Positions 27,955-38,398 of a DNA stretch of 56,047 nt are shown here, piece by piece. The DNA comes from Acidimicrobiia bacterium (GTDB lineage: Bacteria > Acidobacteriota > Vicinamibacteria > Vicinamibacterales > UBA2999). Both the position numbers and the translations under genes were made by a program. The DNA is taken from the NCBI GenBank assembly GCA_016871375.1, contig VFYY01000004.1, positions 1-56,047 on the forward strand. The letters are read 5' to 3'. Under the pieces are notes generated by a model. The model saw only the letters and a program-made list of their open reading frames with translations. It had not been told where the DNA came from and made no database searches. Position 1 is the first letter of the stretch. Each line of letters opens with the position of its first letter.

Positions 27955-28066
27955 AGCGGTTTCTGAAACGTCGTAGTGTCCGGCTTGAGCCGGACCACGT
28001 CGATCGGCACCGCCGTGTGTGGTCCGGCTAAAGCCGGACACTACGAAGAAGTCGAAACCGCGCTAA
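27951..28066 (+). repeat. CTAG-bounded miniature element with REP doublet, copy 3 (116 bp)
   Basis: Same arms as the other copies. Both ends coincide with TAG stops of convergent ORFs. Confidence 0.92.
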
Positions 28067-29034
28067 GGCGACAGCGGCGCGAAGAGCTCCTCGATCGGGA
28101 CGACACGCGGCGCGAGGTGCTGCTCGAACAGGTACTGGGGCAGCGTCTCCAGCGAGCGCCGGTTACGTTCGACCCCGTACGGCCAGAAGTCCTCACCCAT
28201 GCTCCGGCGGGTCTCCTCCGTCTCGGCCACGATCCAGGGCAGCGTGATCTTCAGCGCGTCGATCTCGACGAGCTGCTCGTACGCCCACTGCTTCGCCCGC
28301 TCGAACGCGTCGAAGAGGCTCCTGGCCATCCACGGGTTCGCGTCGTACACGTCCCTGCGCACGACGATGACGTGCATGATCGGAAAGATGCCGGTCTTCT
28401 CGAAGTAGGTTTTTTCCACCCGCCGGTAGTCCTCGAACAACCGGCGCACCGGCGACCCGGGACGGGCGAGCGCCTGCGGCGCGTTGGGCGAGATGATGGC
28501 GTCGAGGGTCCCCTGCTCGAGCATCGGGCCCATGTCCTGCTCGAGGGGCATTCGTGTGAGCTTCACGCCGGGCAGGTCGAAGTCGATGCGCGTCGGCCGC
28601 TGCAGGCCGTCCTGCGTGCCGCTGAACCACTCGCTGGTCTCGGGGGCCACGCCGTACTCGTGCAGCAGCAGGCCGCGCGCGAATACCGCGGCCGTCATCG
28701 AGTACTCGGGAACCCCGATGCGCGTGCCGACGAGATCCGCCGGCTGACTGATCCCCGCGTGCCGGTTCACGTAGATGCAGGAGTGCCGGAAGAGCCGCGA
28801 GGGAAACACCGGGATGGCGATGAACGAGTCGTCGCCCCGCGCGCGGAGCATCGTGTAGTTGGAGAACGACAGCTCCGAGACGTCGAACGCCTTGTGGCGC
28901 AGCATGCGGAAGAACGTCTCGCTCGGCCTCGAGATGACCGGCGTCAGCTCGATGCCGTCCGGCACGATCGTCCGGTCGATCAGCGGGCGGACCCGGTCGT
29001 AATCCCAGAAGGCGATGGTCAGCCGCAGAGCCAT
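28063..29034 (-). CDS. 4,5-dihydroxyphthalate decarboxylase-like protein (SBP fold)
   Basis: YDRVRPL, FDVSELSFS.Y, IPVFPSRLFRHS, IGVPEY.MTA and GIFPIMH motifs. Confidence 0.88.
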   Translation of the reverse strand: MALRLTIAFWDYDRVRPLIDRTIVPDGIELTPVISRPSETFFRMLRHKAFDVSELSFSNYTMLRARGDDSFIAIPVFPSRLFRHSCIYVNRHAGISQPADLVGTRIGVPEYSMTAAVFARGLLLHEYGVAPETSEWFSGTQDGLQRPTRIDFDLPGVKLTRMPLEQDMGPMLEQGTLDAIISPNAPQALARPGSPVRRLFEDYRRVEKTYFEKTGIFPIMHVIVVRRDVYDANPWMARSLFDAFERAKQWAYEQLVEIDALKITLPWIVAETEETRRSMGEDFWPYGVERNRRSLETLPQYLFEQHLAPRVVPIEELFAPLSP

Positions 29035-29769
29035 CTATTCGACGCCGGCGTCGCGCAGCGTCCGCCGCGCGGCGGCAGTGGTGATGAAGCGGAGGAACGC
29101 CGAGGCGGCGACCGGCTCGCGCGCGGCGTGCATCACCACCGCGTCGTAGGTGGTGAAGTTCTGCAGCGGCGCAGGCAGCGGACCGGCATACTGCAGACCT
29201 GTTGCCCGGATGGCGTCTGACCTCGCGAGGAACGCGAGCTCGCTGCCGCGCGCGGCCGCGAGGCGCTCCATGACCGCCTCCCCATTGAGGACGCGGACGG
29301 TCTTCGCCTCGACGCGATCGGCGATGCCGAGCTGCGCGAGCAGCGTCTCGATGTACGTGCCGCTCGAGCCCTGGTTGTAGATGACCGCGTCCGCCGCGAG
29401 CAGTTCGCGGCGCAGCGCATCAGCGGACGAGACGTCGGGTGTGGCCGCGCCGGCGCGAACGACCACCGCCACGCCGACGCGGCCGACCGTCGTGCGCGAC
29501 GCGGCAGCGGCGCGGCGATCCGCGATCGCCTGGTCGACGACGGCCGCGGGCGCGATGAGGACGTCGGCGGCGTCGCCGGCCGCGAGCCGCGCCGTCAGTT
29601 GCGGCGCGTTGCCGATCTCGATGCGGACGACGTCACCGGTGTCACGCCGGTACTGGGCGGCGAGCTGCGTCACGCCCGCTTCCAGCGCGCCCGCGCTCAT
29701 CACGACGAGTTCCGCCGCGAAGAGCGTGGCCGCGCCGGCCGCGAGCACCACCGGCAGGACGAGTCTCAG
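29035..29769 (-). CDS. ModA-like extracellular substrate-binding protein (start uncertain: CTG 29769 or GTG 29751)
   Basis: Signal-like N-terminus; VMSAGA, PDVSS.DAL, GSSGTYI and GPLP.PLQ..T.Y motifs. Confidence 0.82.
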   Translation of the reverse strand: MRLVLPVVLAAGAATLFAAELVVMSAGALEAGVTQLAAQYRRDTGDVVRIEIGNAPQLTARLAAGDAADVLIAPAAVVDQAIADRRAAAASRTTVGRVGVAVVVRAGAATPDVSSADALRRELLAADAVIYNQGSSGTYIETLLAQLGIADRVEAKTVRVLNGEAVMERLAAARGSELAFLARSDAIRATGLQYAGPLPAPLQNFTTYDAVVMHAAREPVAASAFLRFITTAAARRTLRDAGVE

Positions 29770-32700
29770 AAATCGACCGTCAGGTTCCACCGGACGAAGC
29801 GCGGCGTGTAGATCGCGGTCGGGTTGTTCCACGTCCCGCCGTTGCCCGCGTTGTTGGCGCTGAACTGGTAGATGTTCTCGTACGTCGTCGTGTAGTTCGT
29901 GTTGAGCAGGTTGCCCAGGTCCACGCCCACGTCGAAGCGCCGCTGGCCCCACCGCAGGATCTTCGCGAAGCGCATGTCGATCTGCGTGCGCCGGTTGTCC
30001 GCGTACAGGCGGTGGTCGTTGTCCAGGATCTCGATGGTCGTGAAGCCGGTGGCGAGGCCGCCCGGGGGCAGCCGGCCCGCGGCGGCCTGGATCACCGAGT
30101 TCGGCACCTGCCACGTGGCGATGCGCTCGAGCGGCGCCTGCGAGCGCACGGTGGCGCTGACGAGCACGTCCACCTTCGGCACGGTGTAGGAGCCGAGCCC
30201 GCGGATCGTCGTCTGCCACGGATCGGCATCCAGGCAGTTGCGCAGGTCCTTGATCACGCCGCCGTTGGTCAGCGTCCGGCCGAGCGCGGGAATGAACGCA
30301 CCGCCGACGGCGACCACCGCGACGTCGCTGACGCGCGCGGTCTCGCAGGCATCCTCGACCGACCGGCCGGTCTGCGTGCCGAACTGCAGCGTCAGCCCCT
30401 GGCGGAGGCGCGCGTTGACCGTGAAGTCCACGCCGTGCCAGTACTGGGAGCGCGCCGGGCCGAAGTCCTCCTCGAAGGTGACGTAGTTCTGCGCGCCGCG
30501 CGAGGCGGCCGCCGCCGTGACCATCGACACCGTGATCGGGTACCCGCCGCCGCCGGGCAGCCGGTTATCGCGCGGCGCCGTGAGCGTGAACGGCTGGTAG
30601 TCCTCGGGCCCCCGCAGGCGGTTGTCGATGACCTTGTTGCCCAGGAACCAGCGGCGGTTGTAGGCGACCTCCGCCGACACGCGCGGGATCAGCTCCTGCT
30701 GCAGCGTGACACCCCACTGCCAGTCGGCCTGCCGCACGCCCCACCCGCGCAGCGTGTCCTGGTTGACCTGCTGGACGTTGCCGGAGACGGCGCCGAAGTT
30801 CAGCAGGTCGCCGGTCAGCGCCGCGCACTCTCCGTTGGCGGCGAAGTTCATGATGGTGCAGTCCACCACCTTGTTGCCGTTGGTGTCGTTCCAGTTCCGC
30901 GCCGCGGTCCGGACGATGCGGACCGCCGGGTTGTTGCTGGTGTACTCGCTGTCGTTGGTGGCGGCATCGAGGTACTTGCCCAGGTTGAACTTGAGCGCCG
31001 TGCGGCCGTCGCCGAACACGTCGTAGGCGGCGCCGAACCGCGGCGTGACGTCGTTGAATGCATCAACGCCGGGCGTGCGCTCGAACCTGATCGGCGCGGC
31101 GTTGAACGGCGAGGTTTTCGTCGTGCCGTTGCCCTCAGCCGGGCTGAAGCTCCACGCGCGGTCGTAGCGCAGCGCGCCCTGCAGCGTCAGCCGCCCCCGC
31201 GTCCACCGGTCCTGGACGTAAAAGGCAGAGGTCCCCGTGCGGTCCGCCGTATTCCAGTCCGGCAGCCGGAACGTGAACTGATTCGGCACGCCCTGGTTGA
31301 AGCGGTACTGCAGCCCGGCATCGGGAGTGGTGAAGAAGAAGTTCACGCGGATGTAGGCGCCCTGATAGCCGACCTTCAGATCGTGCGACCCGGTGACGTA
31401 GGAGGCCGAGGCGCGCCAGTTGTTCGGGTTGGCGTAGTTGGGGCTGATCGCCGGCACGCCGCGGTAGGTATAGTTCGCGCGCGGCGCGAACGGCAGCCCG
31501 GTCGCGGGATTGATCGCGGTGGACTGCTCGACGACGGAGATCAGATCGAACACGCCGTCCGGAGGCTGCCGGCCCGTCGTCCCGCCCTTGAACGAGAAGC
31601 GCGTGACGCCGGCCTCGAGGAGCAGCCGGTTCGTCAACGGCGCGCTCCAGGTCCCCTGCGTCACGTAGTAGGGCGTGTTGCCGAAGTAGTTCGGGTTCGC
31701 CTCGGGCGAGACCGTCGCCGTGCCGGCCGCGATCCAGTTGTCGCCGCGCGTGTTGCAGCCGTCGGTGTCCACCTTCAGCGGCGACCCTTCGCAGCGGCGC
31801 TGGTATTCCTGGTTGAACGAGACGCGGTTGCGCGGGGTGACCTGCATCGTGACGCGCGCGATGTACGTCTCGCGTCCCTGCAGCTGCCGTGCGTTCACGC
31901 TGGCGTCCCCCACCCAGTCCCACCGCGACGCGTCGGAGGTGTTCCGGTTCGCGACGACACCCTGGACCGACGACGCCGTATCGAGCTGGCGATAGCTGCC
32001 GAAGAACCAGATGCGATCGCGCTGAATCGGGCCGCCGTACGACGCGCTCCAGTCGTAGGAGCCGATGATCCCGGGAGGTTCCCTGAGACCCACCGCGCGC
32101 AGCTCGTCGGTCAGGTTGTTGCCGCGCGACCAGTCGCCGGCGTTGTTGACGAACGCCTGCCCGCGGAACGTGTTGCCGCCGGAGCGCGGCACCAGGTTCA
32201 TCACCGGGCCGCCGATGTCCGACTCGCCGAGGCCGCCGGCGACCGACACCGACACCTCGTCCACGTTGATCGAGTCGAGGATGTAGGTGGACACGCCGCC
32301 GCCGTTGAACGGGGCGGCCACGGTCATGCCGTTGATCGTCATGCGCCCTTCGTTGATCGGGCCGCCGCGCGCGGCGAAGAACGTCATCGTCGGCGAGGCG
32401 GCCAGCGCCCCGTCGTTGACGGTGAGGCCGGGCACCGCGTTGAGCAGCGTGCCGACCGAGCGGTTGCCGGGGATGGCGGCGACGACGTCGGCGCTCAGCA
32501 CCGTCTCGCGCTGCGTGGTCTGCACGTCGACGACCGGCGTCTCGCCGGTGACGGTGACCGTCTCCTCGAGCGTCCCGACGCTCATCTCGGCCGGAATCGC
32601 CAGCGTGGCGGTGCCACTGAGCTCGATGCCGTCGCGCCTGATCACCCTGAAGCCCGGGAGCGTGAAGGTCAGGGAGTAGGTGCCGGGGTTGAGGCCGGTG

Positions 32701-32903
32701 ATGCGGTACTGCCCCGTGCCATCGGTGATGGCCGTGCGTACCTTTTCAATCAAGGCGGGGCTGGCCGCCTCGACGGTGACACCGGGCAGCACGGCGCCCG
32801 ATTCGTCTCTCACGGCGCCCGTGAGAGTGCCTTGCGCAAACGCCAACGACGGCAGGAAGGCCGTGATCGCCAGGACCAGGACGGCCTTCGACACCACGCG
32901 CAT
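29766..32903 (-). CDS. TonB-dependent receptor (carboxypeptidase-regulatory-like N-domain)
   Basis: G.VRDESGAVLPGVTVEAASPALIEK, YVQDRW..GRLTL.GALRYD, PRFGAAYD and terminal Phe. Confidence 0.92.
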   Translation of the reverse strand: MRVVSKAVLVLAITAFLPSLAFAQGTLTGAVRDESGAVLPGVTVEAASPALIEKVRTAITDGTGQYRITGLNPGTYSLTFTLPGFRVIRRDGIELSGTATLAIPAEMSVGTLEETVTVTGETPVVDVQTTQRETVLSADVVAAIPGNRSVGTLLNAVPGLTVNDGALAASPTMTFFAARGGPINEGRMTINGMTVAAPFNGGGVSTYILDSINVDEVSVSVAGGLGESDIGGPVMNLVPRSGGNTFRGQAFVNNAGDWSRGNNLTDELRAVGLREPPGIIGSYDWSASYGGPIQRDRIWFFGSYRQLDTASSVQGVVANRNTSDASRWDWVGDASVNARQLQGRETYIARVTMQVTPRNRVSFNQEYQRRCEGSPLKVDTDGCNTRGDNWIAAGTATVSPEANPNYFGNTPYYVTQGTWSAPLTNRLLLEAGVTRFSFKGGTTGRQPPDGVFDLISVVEQSTAINPATGLPFAPRANYTYRGVPAISPNYANPNNWRASASYVTGSHDLKVGYQGAYIRVNFFFTTPDAGLQYRFNQGVPNQFTFRLPDWNTADRTGTSAFYVQDRWTRGRLTLQGALRYDRAWSFSPAEGNGTTKTSPFNAAPIRFERTPGVDAFNDVTPRFGAAYDVFGDGRTALKFNLGKYLDAATNDSEYTSNNPAVRIVRTAARNWNDTNGNKVVDCTIMNFAANGECAALTGDLLNFGAVSGNVQQVNQDTLRGWGVRQADWQWGVTLQQELIPRVSAEVAYNRRWFLGNKVIDNRLRGPEDYQPFTLTAPRDNRLPGGGGYPITVSMVTAAAASRGAQNYVTFEEDFGPARSQYWHGVDFTVNARLRQGLTLQFGTQTGRSVEDACETARVSDVAVVAVGGAFIPALGRTLTNGGVIKDLRNCLDADPWQTTIRGLGSYTVPKVDVLVSATVRSQAPLERIATWQVPNSVIQAAAGRLPPGGLATGFTTIEILDNDHRLYADNRRTQIDMRFAKILRWGQRRFDVGVDLGNLLNTNYTTTYENIYQFSANNAGNGGTWNNPTAIYTPRFVRWNLTVDF

Positions 32904-32951
32904 GGGGCCTCCTTCAGTACCGGGTTGAGGGGTACCACGCCGGCGGATGAC

Positions 32952-33329
32952 TTAACGGCCGTAGACGTTGATGGTCTTCCCGTCGGCGAGCACGACGTGT
33001 TCGAGCCGGATGATCTTCTGGCCGTCGGCGAACTGGTAGCCGGTGCCGGTGATCACGTCGCCCGGCTTCACCGTCGTCCTGGTCCAGCCGCTCGCTTCCA
33101 TCCGATTGAGCGCGGGACCGCCGATCAGCCACTGCTCCATCTGGCCGTTGTCGGCCTGGACCTGCAGCGTGATCATCGGGTGCGGGTTCACCCAGTTGAA
33201 GTCCTTCACCACGCCCTTCACGGTGACGAGCCGGGCGCGACTGACGGGCCACTGGTGGTGCGCGGACAGCGGGACTGCCGCGGCGATCAGCGTAAGGACA
33301 AGGAATACCGGAACAAGCACAGCCTTCAT
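32952..33329 (-). CDS. DUF6152-like secreted protein
   Basis: Signal peptide followed by AHH, G.V..F.W.NPH and KPGDVIT.TG. Confidence 0.82.
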   Translation of the reverse strand: MKAVLVPVFLVLTLIAAAVPLSAHHQWPVSRARLVTVKGVVKDFNWVNPHPMITLQVQADNGQMEQWLIGGPALNRMEASGWTRTTVKPGDVITGTGYQFADGQKIIRLEHVVLADGKTINVYGR

Positions 33330-33504
33330 CGTGGCGCTCCTTCCGGGGGTGATTCTAGGTCAGAACGCGCGTCGGCGGCTGAGATACTGCGGTGCCTCCC
33401 TTGCCCGTCTTCCGGAGATGAGTGAAGCGCCGGCCCCGAAGCCGCCGCCCGGAGAGTCGACCGCGTCCCTCATCGGCGGCGGATCGTGACGGTGACGCTG
33501 ACGT

Positions 33505-33801
33505 TCACGCTGCACGCGCAGCCATTACGGCCACTCCCTCGACGGCGGGGGGCGGAGTCCCGGCGAGCCACTCCAGGCGAACGGCGCAGTGCTCCGCGCG
33601 CGAGGTGTCACACGTGCAGTTGCCCTCCTCCCGGATGGCGCCGCACTGGTCGCACACGTATTCCGCGTGGCAGCGCACGAAGGTGGATGTCACGGTGTTG
33701 CCCCACATCCCGGTCTCGGTCGTGGGAACGGTCTCGGCGCCGGTGACGCGACGGCGCCACGCGTGACGGTGACGGCTCAGCAGATGCCGGCAGCAATCCA
33801 T
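33505..33801 (-). CDS. Small Cys/His-rich hypothetical protein (possible zinc-binding)
   Basis: GGAGG RBS; HRHAW, RCH...CDQCG, CTCD and HC. Confidence 0.65.
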   Translation of the reverse strand: MDCCRHLLSRHRHAWRRRVTGAETVPTTETGMWGNTVTSTFVRCHAEYVCDQCGAIREEGNCTCDTSRAEHCAVRLEWLAGTPPPAVEGVAVMAARAA

Positions 33802-33829
33802 GATGCACCTCCCGGCTTTCCGTGAACGG

Positions 33830-33845
33830 TGCAATTGCTGCTCCA
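33830..33845 (-). promoter_or_regulatory. Putative sigma-54 (-24/-12) promoter
   Basis: TGGAGCAGCAATTGCA gives GG-N10-GC, upstream of the ATG at 33801. Confidence 0.55.
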
Positions 33846-33966
33846 GCGGCGTCGATCGCTCGACGCCGCCCAACGGCGCAGCGCCTGCGTTCAGGCGCGG
33901 GATTGTTCCGCCGGCTGCGCAAGAATCCCCACGGTGGCGCGCTCGACGCCTCCAGCCGGACCCGGT

Positions 33967-34605
33967 TCAGCGCTGTTGGAGCAGCGCGTCCACGGCCAGC
34001 AGCTCGTCGCGGACGATCGTGTGTCCCATCCGCGGATAGATGCGCTCGTCCACCGCGGCACCCATGCGCCGGAACACCTCGGCGGACTCCTGCACGCGGT
34101 CGAGCGGAATGTGCGCGTCCACGTCGCTGCAGCCGATGAAGACCGGCGTGCCGTCGAACGCGCCCGCGTAGTCGCGCGCGGTTCCTGGCGGGCCGATCAG
34201 GCCGCCGCTGAAGGCGACGACCGCCGCGTAGCGCCGCGCGTGACGCGCGGCGAATTCCAGCGACAGGCACGCGCCCTGTGAGAACCCCATCACCGCCACA
34301 CGGCCGGGCGGAACGCCCTGGCGCTCGACGTCACCGACGAGCTCGTCGAGCCGGCGCAGCGCGGACGGGAGAAACGGCTCGTTCTGCTCCAACGGCGCAA
34401 GAAACGAGTAGGGATACCAGGCGCCGCCGCTCGCCTGCGGCGCGAGGTAGGCGATGTCGCGCGCGCTGAACTCTCCCGCCAGGCCGATGATGTCCTCCGC
34501 GGACGCGCCGCGCCCGTGGACGAGGATGGCGACGAGCCGTGCGTCCGCGAGCGGCGCTCCCGCATGGAGCACCGGTTGGTTGCCGTGCGGATGATTGGAA
34601 TCCAT
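33967..34605 (-). CDS. Phospholipase/carboxylesterase (MhqD-like)
   Basis: VHGRG, GFSQGA, D.HIP and GH catalytic motifs; next to a ring-cleaving dioxygenase. Confidence 0.9.
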   Translation of the reverse strand: MDSNHPHGNQPVLHAGAPLADARLVAILVHGRGASAEDIIGLAGEFSARDIAYLAPQASGGAWYPYSFLAPLEQNEPFLPSALRRLDELVGDVERQGVPPGRVAVMGFSQGACLSLEFAARHARRYAAVVAFSGGLIGPPGTARDYAGAFDGTPVFIGCSDVDAHIPLDRVQESAEVFRRMGAAVDERIYPRMGHTIVRDELLAVDALLQQR

Positions 34606-34608
34606 GGG

Positions 34609-35562
34609 TCAGTCGATCGGCTCGAGCCGTGAGGCGATCTGCGCGCGGTGCGTTTCGAGGAACGGCGGCAGCACGAGGTGCTCGCCGAGCGTGGCGGGAT
34701 CCTCGTCCACGCCGAATCCGGGGCCGTCGGTGGCGATCTCGAAGAGGACGCCGTTCGGCTCGCGCACGTACAGGCTGCGGAACCAGAACCGATCCACCTT
34801 GCCGCTGTTGGGGACGCCGAACTCGTTCAGCCGATCCGCCCACGCGTCGTAGTCGGCGTCCGGCGTCCGGAACGCGACGTGGTGGACGCCGCCCGCGCCC
34901 TGCCGCACATCGGGCAGATCCGGCTGCACGGCCACGTGCAGCTCGGCATGCGGGCCGCCGGCGGCGCCCATCTCGAACACGTGCACCGTGGCCGCCGGAT
35001 TGTCCGGATGCGGGGTGTCGCGCACCAGGCGCATGTTGAACACCCGCGTCAGGAGGATGTCGGTCGGGTTCAGCGTCGGCACGCTGATGACAATCGGGCC
35101 GAGGCCGCGGATCTGAAACTCCGGCGGAACGGGACTGCGCTCCCACGGCGCCGGCGCATCGCCGCGGCCGCCGTCGTCGACGAGCGCGAGCCGCTGCCCT
35201 TCCGGATCCTCGAACCGCAGGTTCAGCCGGCCGTCGCGCTCGAAGACGTCGCCGTGGCTCACCCCGAGCTCGTCGAAGCGGCGCACCCACCAGTCGATCG
35301 CACGGGCGCCGTTCACGCGCAGGCAGGTGCGGACGATGCTGCGGGTGCCGCGGCGCTCGCGGGGAACGGGCCAGTCGAAGAACGTCAGGTCCGTGCCCGG
35401 CGTGCCCTTCGCATCCGCGTAAAACAGGTGATACGCGCTCACATCGTCCTGGTTCACGGAACGCTTGACGAGGCGCATGCCGAGCGTCTGCGTGTAGAAC
35501 CGGTGGTTCTCGCGGATGGCGCCGGAAATTGCGGTCAGATGGTGGATGCCGGTCAGATCCAT
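34609..35562 (-). CDS. Ring-cleaving dioxygenase, VOC/glyoxalase family (MhqO/PcpA-like)
   Basis: [33 protein letters not shown] and [26 protein letters not shown] motifs. Confidence 0.93.
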   Translation of the reverse strand: MDLTGIHHLTAISGAIRENHRFYTQTLGMRLVKRSVNQDDVSAYHLFYADAKGTPGTDLTFFDWPVPRERRGTRSIVRTCLRVNGARAIDWWVRRFDELGVSHGDVFERDGRLNLRFEDPEGQRLALVDDGGRGDAPAPWERSPVPPEFQIRGLGPIVISVPTLNPTDILLTRVFNMRLVRDTPHPDNPAATVHVFEMGAAGGPHAELHVAVQPDLPDVRQGAGGVHHVAFRTPDADYDAWADRLNEFGVPNSGKVDRFWFRSLYVREPNGVLFEIATDGPGFGVDEDPATLGEHLVLPPFLETHRAQIASRLEPID

Positions 35563-35597
35563 GGCGTCCCTATATTAGAATCCGCGCGGAGGTCATC

Positions 35598-36182
35598 ATG
35601 AGCCGCACGTTCGTTCTTTCGGTTGCGATGCTGGTGCTGTCGGCAAGCGCGTTCGCCCAGCAGGTCACCGGCACACCGCCGCCGCTCGAGCCGGGCGCGT
35701 CGCAGGCCGACGTGGACAAGGCGCTCCTCGCGGCGCCGGCCAACCTGCGTACGCAGGCCACCGTGGTCAAGTGGAAGCCCGACTTCACCTACGACACGCT
35801 GCGGAAGGGCACCAACCGCCTGGTGTGCTACGACCGGTCGGGGCAGCCGGCACAGCCGGCGTATTCGATCGAGTGCACGAGCCTCGGCAACCTCGAGCGC
35901 GTCGCGCAGAACATGAGATTCGAGGTGGAGACCGACCGCACGAAGCGGCAGGCGGCGCTCGACGCCGCGGAGAAGGACGGCAGCCGCGTGAAGCCCGAGT
36001 TCGGATCGGTGTTCTACAACCTGTCCGGACCGGACCAGGCGGCAGCGCGCACGCACACGACGGTCGCAGTGCCGGGCGCTACGGCGCAGTCGCTCGGACT
36101 GCCCGACACGGCCAAAATGGGCGGGGCATGGATCATGAACGCGGGCACGACGACCGCGCACATCATGATTCCCGGTCATTGA
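35598..36182 (+). CDS. Secreted hypothetical protein
   Basis: GGAGG RBS, signal peptide, ALLAAP..L...ATV and WIMNAGT..AHIM.P. Confidence 0.78.
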   Translation: MSRTFVLSVAMLVLSASAFAQQVTGTPPPLEPGASQADVDKALLAAPANLRTQATVVKWKPDFTYDTLRKGTNRLVCYDRSGQPAQPAYSIECTSLGNLERVAQNMRFEVETDRTKRQAALDAAEKDGSRVKPEFGSVFYNLSGPDQAAARTHTTVAVPGATAQSLGLPDTAKMGGAWIMNAGTTTAHIMIPGH

Positions 36183-36508
36183 TGAAACATCTCATCCTCG
36201 GGTTCCTGGCCGCCGTCTCGCTGTCGGCCGGCCAGGACGCCCGGACGTTCACCGGGACGATCACCGACAGCATGTGCGCCGACGGCAACCATGCGCCCAT
36301 GCGCATGGGGCCGACCGCCGCGGAGTGCACCACCGCGTGCGTCATGGCGCACGGCGCGCTCTACGTGCTGTACGACGGCGAGAACGCCTACGACCTCAGC
36401 GATCAGAAGACGCCCGAGCAGTTCGCCGGGCAGCCGGTGCGCGTCGTCGGCACCCTCGACGTGAAGACGAAGACCATCCGCGTCGAGTCGATCACAGCCC
36501 GGAAGTGA
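36182..36508 (+). CDS. Small secreted Cys/His-containing OB-fold-like protein (DUF5818-like)
   Basis: Signal peptide; G.ITDSMC...H...C...CV..HG and V.V.GTL. Confidence 0.72.
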   Translation: MKHLILGFLAAVSLSAGQDARTFTGTITDSMCADGNHAPMRMGPTAAECTTACVMAHGALYVLYDGENAYDLSDQKTPEQFAGQPVRVVGTLDVKTKTIRVESITARK

Positions 36509-37304
36509 GCCGGTAGACGCCGTACTCCGGGTTGACCGCGTAGCCTTCGGCGACGAGCGCGCGGTTGCCGCGGCCGGCGTCCCGACGCGAGAGGCCCGTC
36601 ACCCGCGCCAGCTCGCCGGGGACGGTCATGCCGGCGCACGACAGAAAGCCGCGCGCGATCTCGCGCAGCGCCACCTCGCGCGAGACGCGCGTGCGAAGCG
36701 CATCGGGAAACCGCCCGACAGCCAGCGTCCAGAGATAGGTGAGCTTCGGCAGGTACAACACCTGGCTGGGCACCACGAGCATCGCCGCCTGGAGCTCGTC
36801 GAGCGCCCTGGTGAACGCCGCCCGGTCCTTCACGCCGGAGTCGTCCCGGAGGTCCGAGGTGGCCATCTCCCACTCGTGGCGCAGGACCTTCAGGATCTTC
36901 TGCGCGTTGCGGCTCAACCGCCGGCCCTCGTCGGCGCGCCGTATGCCCCACACGGCGTGGAAGTACGGAATCATGCGCGGCGCCACGAACGTCGCCTTGC
37001 CGCGCGCGAACTTCGCGTAGTACACGCGGCCGCGCCGCACGAGCTCGTCCTTCAGCCGCCACGTCAGCGACGATTCCGGATCCTTCTGCACGTTGCGCGG
37101 CATCACCGCGTCGCGGCGGCCGCAGACGGCGACATAGAGGGACGGCCCCGGCCGGCGGCCGTCGGTCAGGCACGCCGCGAAGCCGACACGCGCGATGAAG
37201 CCCTCCGCGGCGATCGGGCTGTCGATCTGGCGCGGCCCCTCACGATGCCAGTGGTAGTCGCGATACTCCTCGATATCCGCGGGAAGCTCCGGCCTGCGTC
37301 GCAT
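36492..37304 (-). CDS. AlkZ/YcaQ-like winged-helix protein
   Basis: [15 protein letters not shown]...G.VYYAK..RGKATF and ALDELQ..MLV. Confidence 0.65.
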   Translation of the reverse strand: MRRRPELPADIEEYRDYHWHREGPRQIDSPIAAEGFIARVGFAACLTDGRRPGPSLYVAVCGRRDAVMPRNVQKDPESSLTWRLKDELVRRGRVYYAKFARGKATFVAPRMIPYFHAVWGIRRADEGRRLSRNAQKILKVLRHEWEMATSDLRDDSGVKDRAAFTRALDELQAAMLVVPSQVLYLPKLTYLWTLAVGRFPDALRTRVSREVALREIARGFLSCAGMTVPGELARVTGLSRRDAGRGNRALVAEGYAVNPEYGVYRLTSGL

Positions 37305-37307
37305 CGC

Positions 37308-37595
37308 TCACTCGGTCCGATCCCTCCGCCGGCGGCGCTTTCTGGCGGATCCGCCGAAGATCCCGAGATCGATCAGGACGGCGAGGACCACGATCGCCAG
37401 ATAGATCCCTTCCACCGACCCGCGAGCGTTCATCGCCAACGCGTAGGCGAGCGTCGTCAGCGGCAGGAACAGGAATCCAAGCAACGGCCAGAGCGTCGTC
37501 TGGTAGGCACGGCCGATGTAGTCGCTGACGATCACCACCAGGATGATGGCGAATCGCGGCGCGAGGAGGGCGAGGCAACCGACGAGGAACGGCAT
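37308..37595 (-). CDS. Small membrane protein
   Basis: Three hydrophobic segments and PLLGFLFLP.TTLAY. Confidence 0.75.
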   Translation of the reverse strand: MPFLVGCLALLAPRFAIILVVIVSDYIGRAYQTTLWPLLGFLFLPLTTLAYALAMNARGSVEGIYLAIVVLAVLIDLGIFGGSARKRRRRRDRTE

Positions 37596-37605
37596 GACGA
37601 CGCCC

Positions 37606-38397
37606 TCAGCGCGTCAGCACGAGATAGGCGCCCCAGGTCACGGCCGCGCTGCCGGCGAGGCGGCCAAACAGTGCGCCGCCGCGCAGGAGCTTCTCGAGCA
37701 GCACGAATCCCGCCAGCGCGGCGACCCACCACAGATTCATGACGCCGACGACGAAGAGGAGCGTCATCAGGAGCCAGCAGCACCCGACGCAGAACATCCC
37801 GTGACGGAAGCCCAGCCCGAATCCGCCTCCGGCACCTTCCGCCCAGTACCGTGAGAGGAACCCGAACGGCGACTGGCAGTGCGTCAGGCACATCTGCTTC
37901 AGAGGCAGCCACTGGTAGAGTCCGGCGACGATCAGCACCACGCCGGACACCCCGGCCGCACCGATGCGCATGTCGGCCGAGAGGAGCGCCGCGCGGTGCA
38001 GGACGAGTTGCGTGCTCGCGGCGGCCACGCTGAACGCCGTCCAGGCGGCCAGGTACCCCGTGACGAATGCGATCGAGGCGATTCGCGCCTGTGGATCGTT
38101 GCGCCGCCGATAGACGCCGAGCACGAGCAGAATCACCGGCGCAGCCGACGGCAGCATCATCGCCACCATCATGACCGTCCACATCGTCAACAGGCCGGCC
38201 CAGTCGGCTATCCCCCACGCGCGCATGTCGGCCATTCCCATGGCGGCATGCATCCGGGCGTCCGCCGCCATGGCGTCCATGCCGGCGGCGGCCCGGGCCA
38301 GATACACCCACGCGAGCGCCGTCATCGCGGCAAGACCGAGGCCCACCAGCAGCCGGTCCCGCCGGACGACGTGATCGAGCGTCGCGACCGCGTCCAT
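37606..38397 (-). CDS. DUF2182 family metal-binding membrane protein
   Basis: MWTVMMVAMMLPS, YQW.PLK..CL.HC.SP and CVGCCW.LM..LFV.GVMN. Confidence 0.92.
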   Translation of the reverse strand: MDAVATLDHVVRRDRLLVGLGLAAMTALAWVYLARAAAGMDAMAADARMHAAMGMADMRAWGIADWAGLLTMWTVMMVAMMLPSAAPVILLVLGVYRRRNDPQARIASIAFVTGYLAAWTAFSVAAASTQLVLHRAALLSADMRIGAAGVSGVVLIVAGLYQWLPLKQMCLTHCQSPFGFLSRYWAEGAGGGFGLGFRHGMFCVGCCWLLMTLLFVVGVMNLWWVAALAGFVLLEKLLRGGALFGRLAGSAAVTWGAYLVLTR

Positions 38398-38398
38398 C

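Noticed and set aside
30012-33425. 1137-aa plus-strand ORF and other long antisense ORFs (12011-14731, 19003-20859, 24540-26672, 6605-8299)
   Set aside because: These are shadow frames of well-supported genes in high-GC DNA, with Arg/Gly/Ala-rich translations and no motifs.
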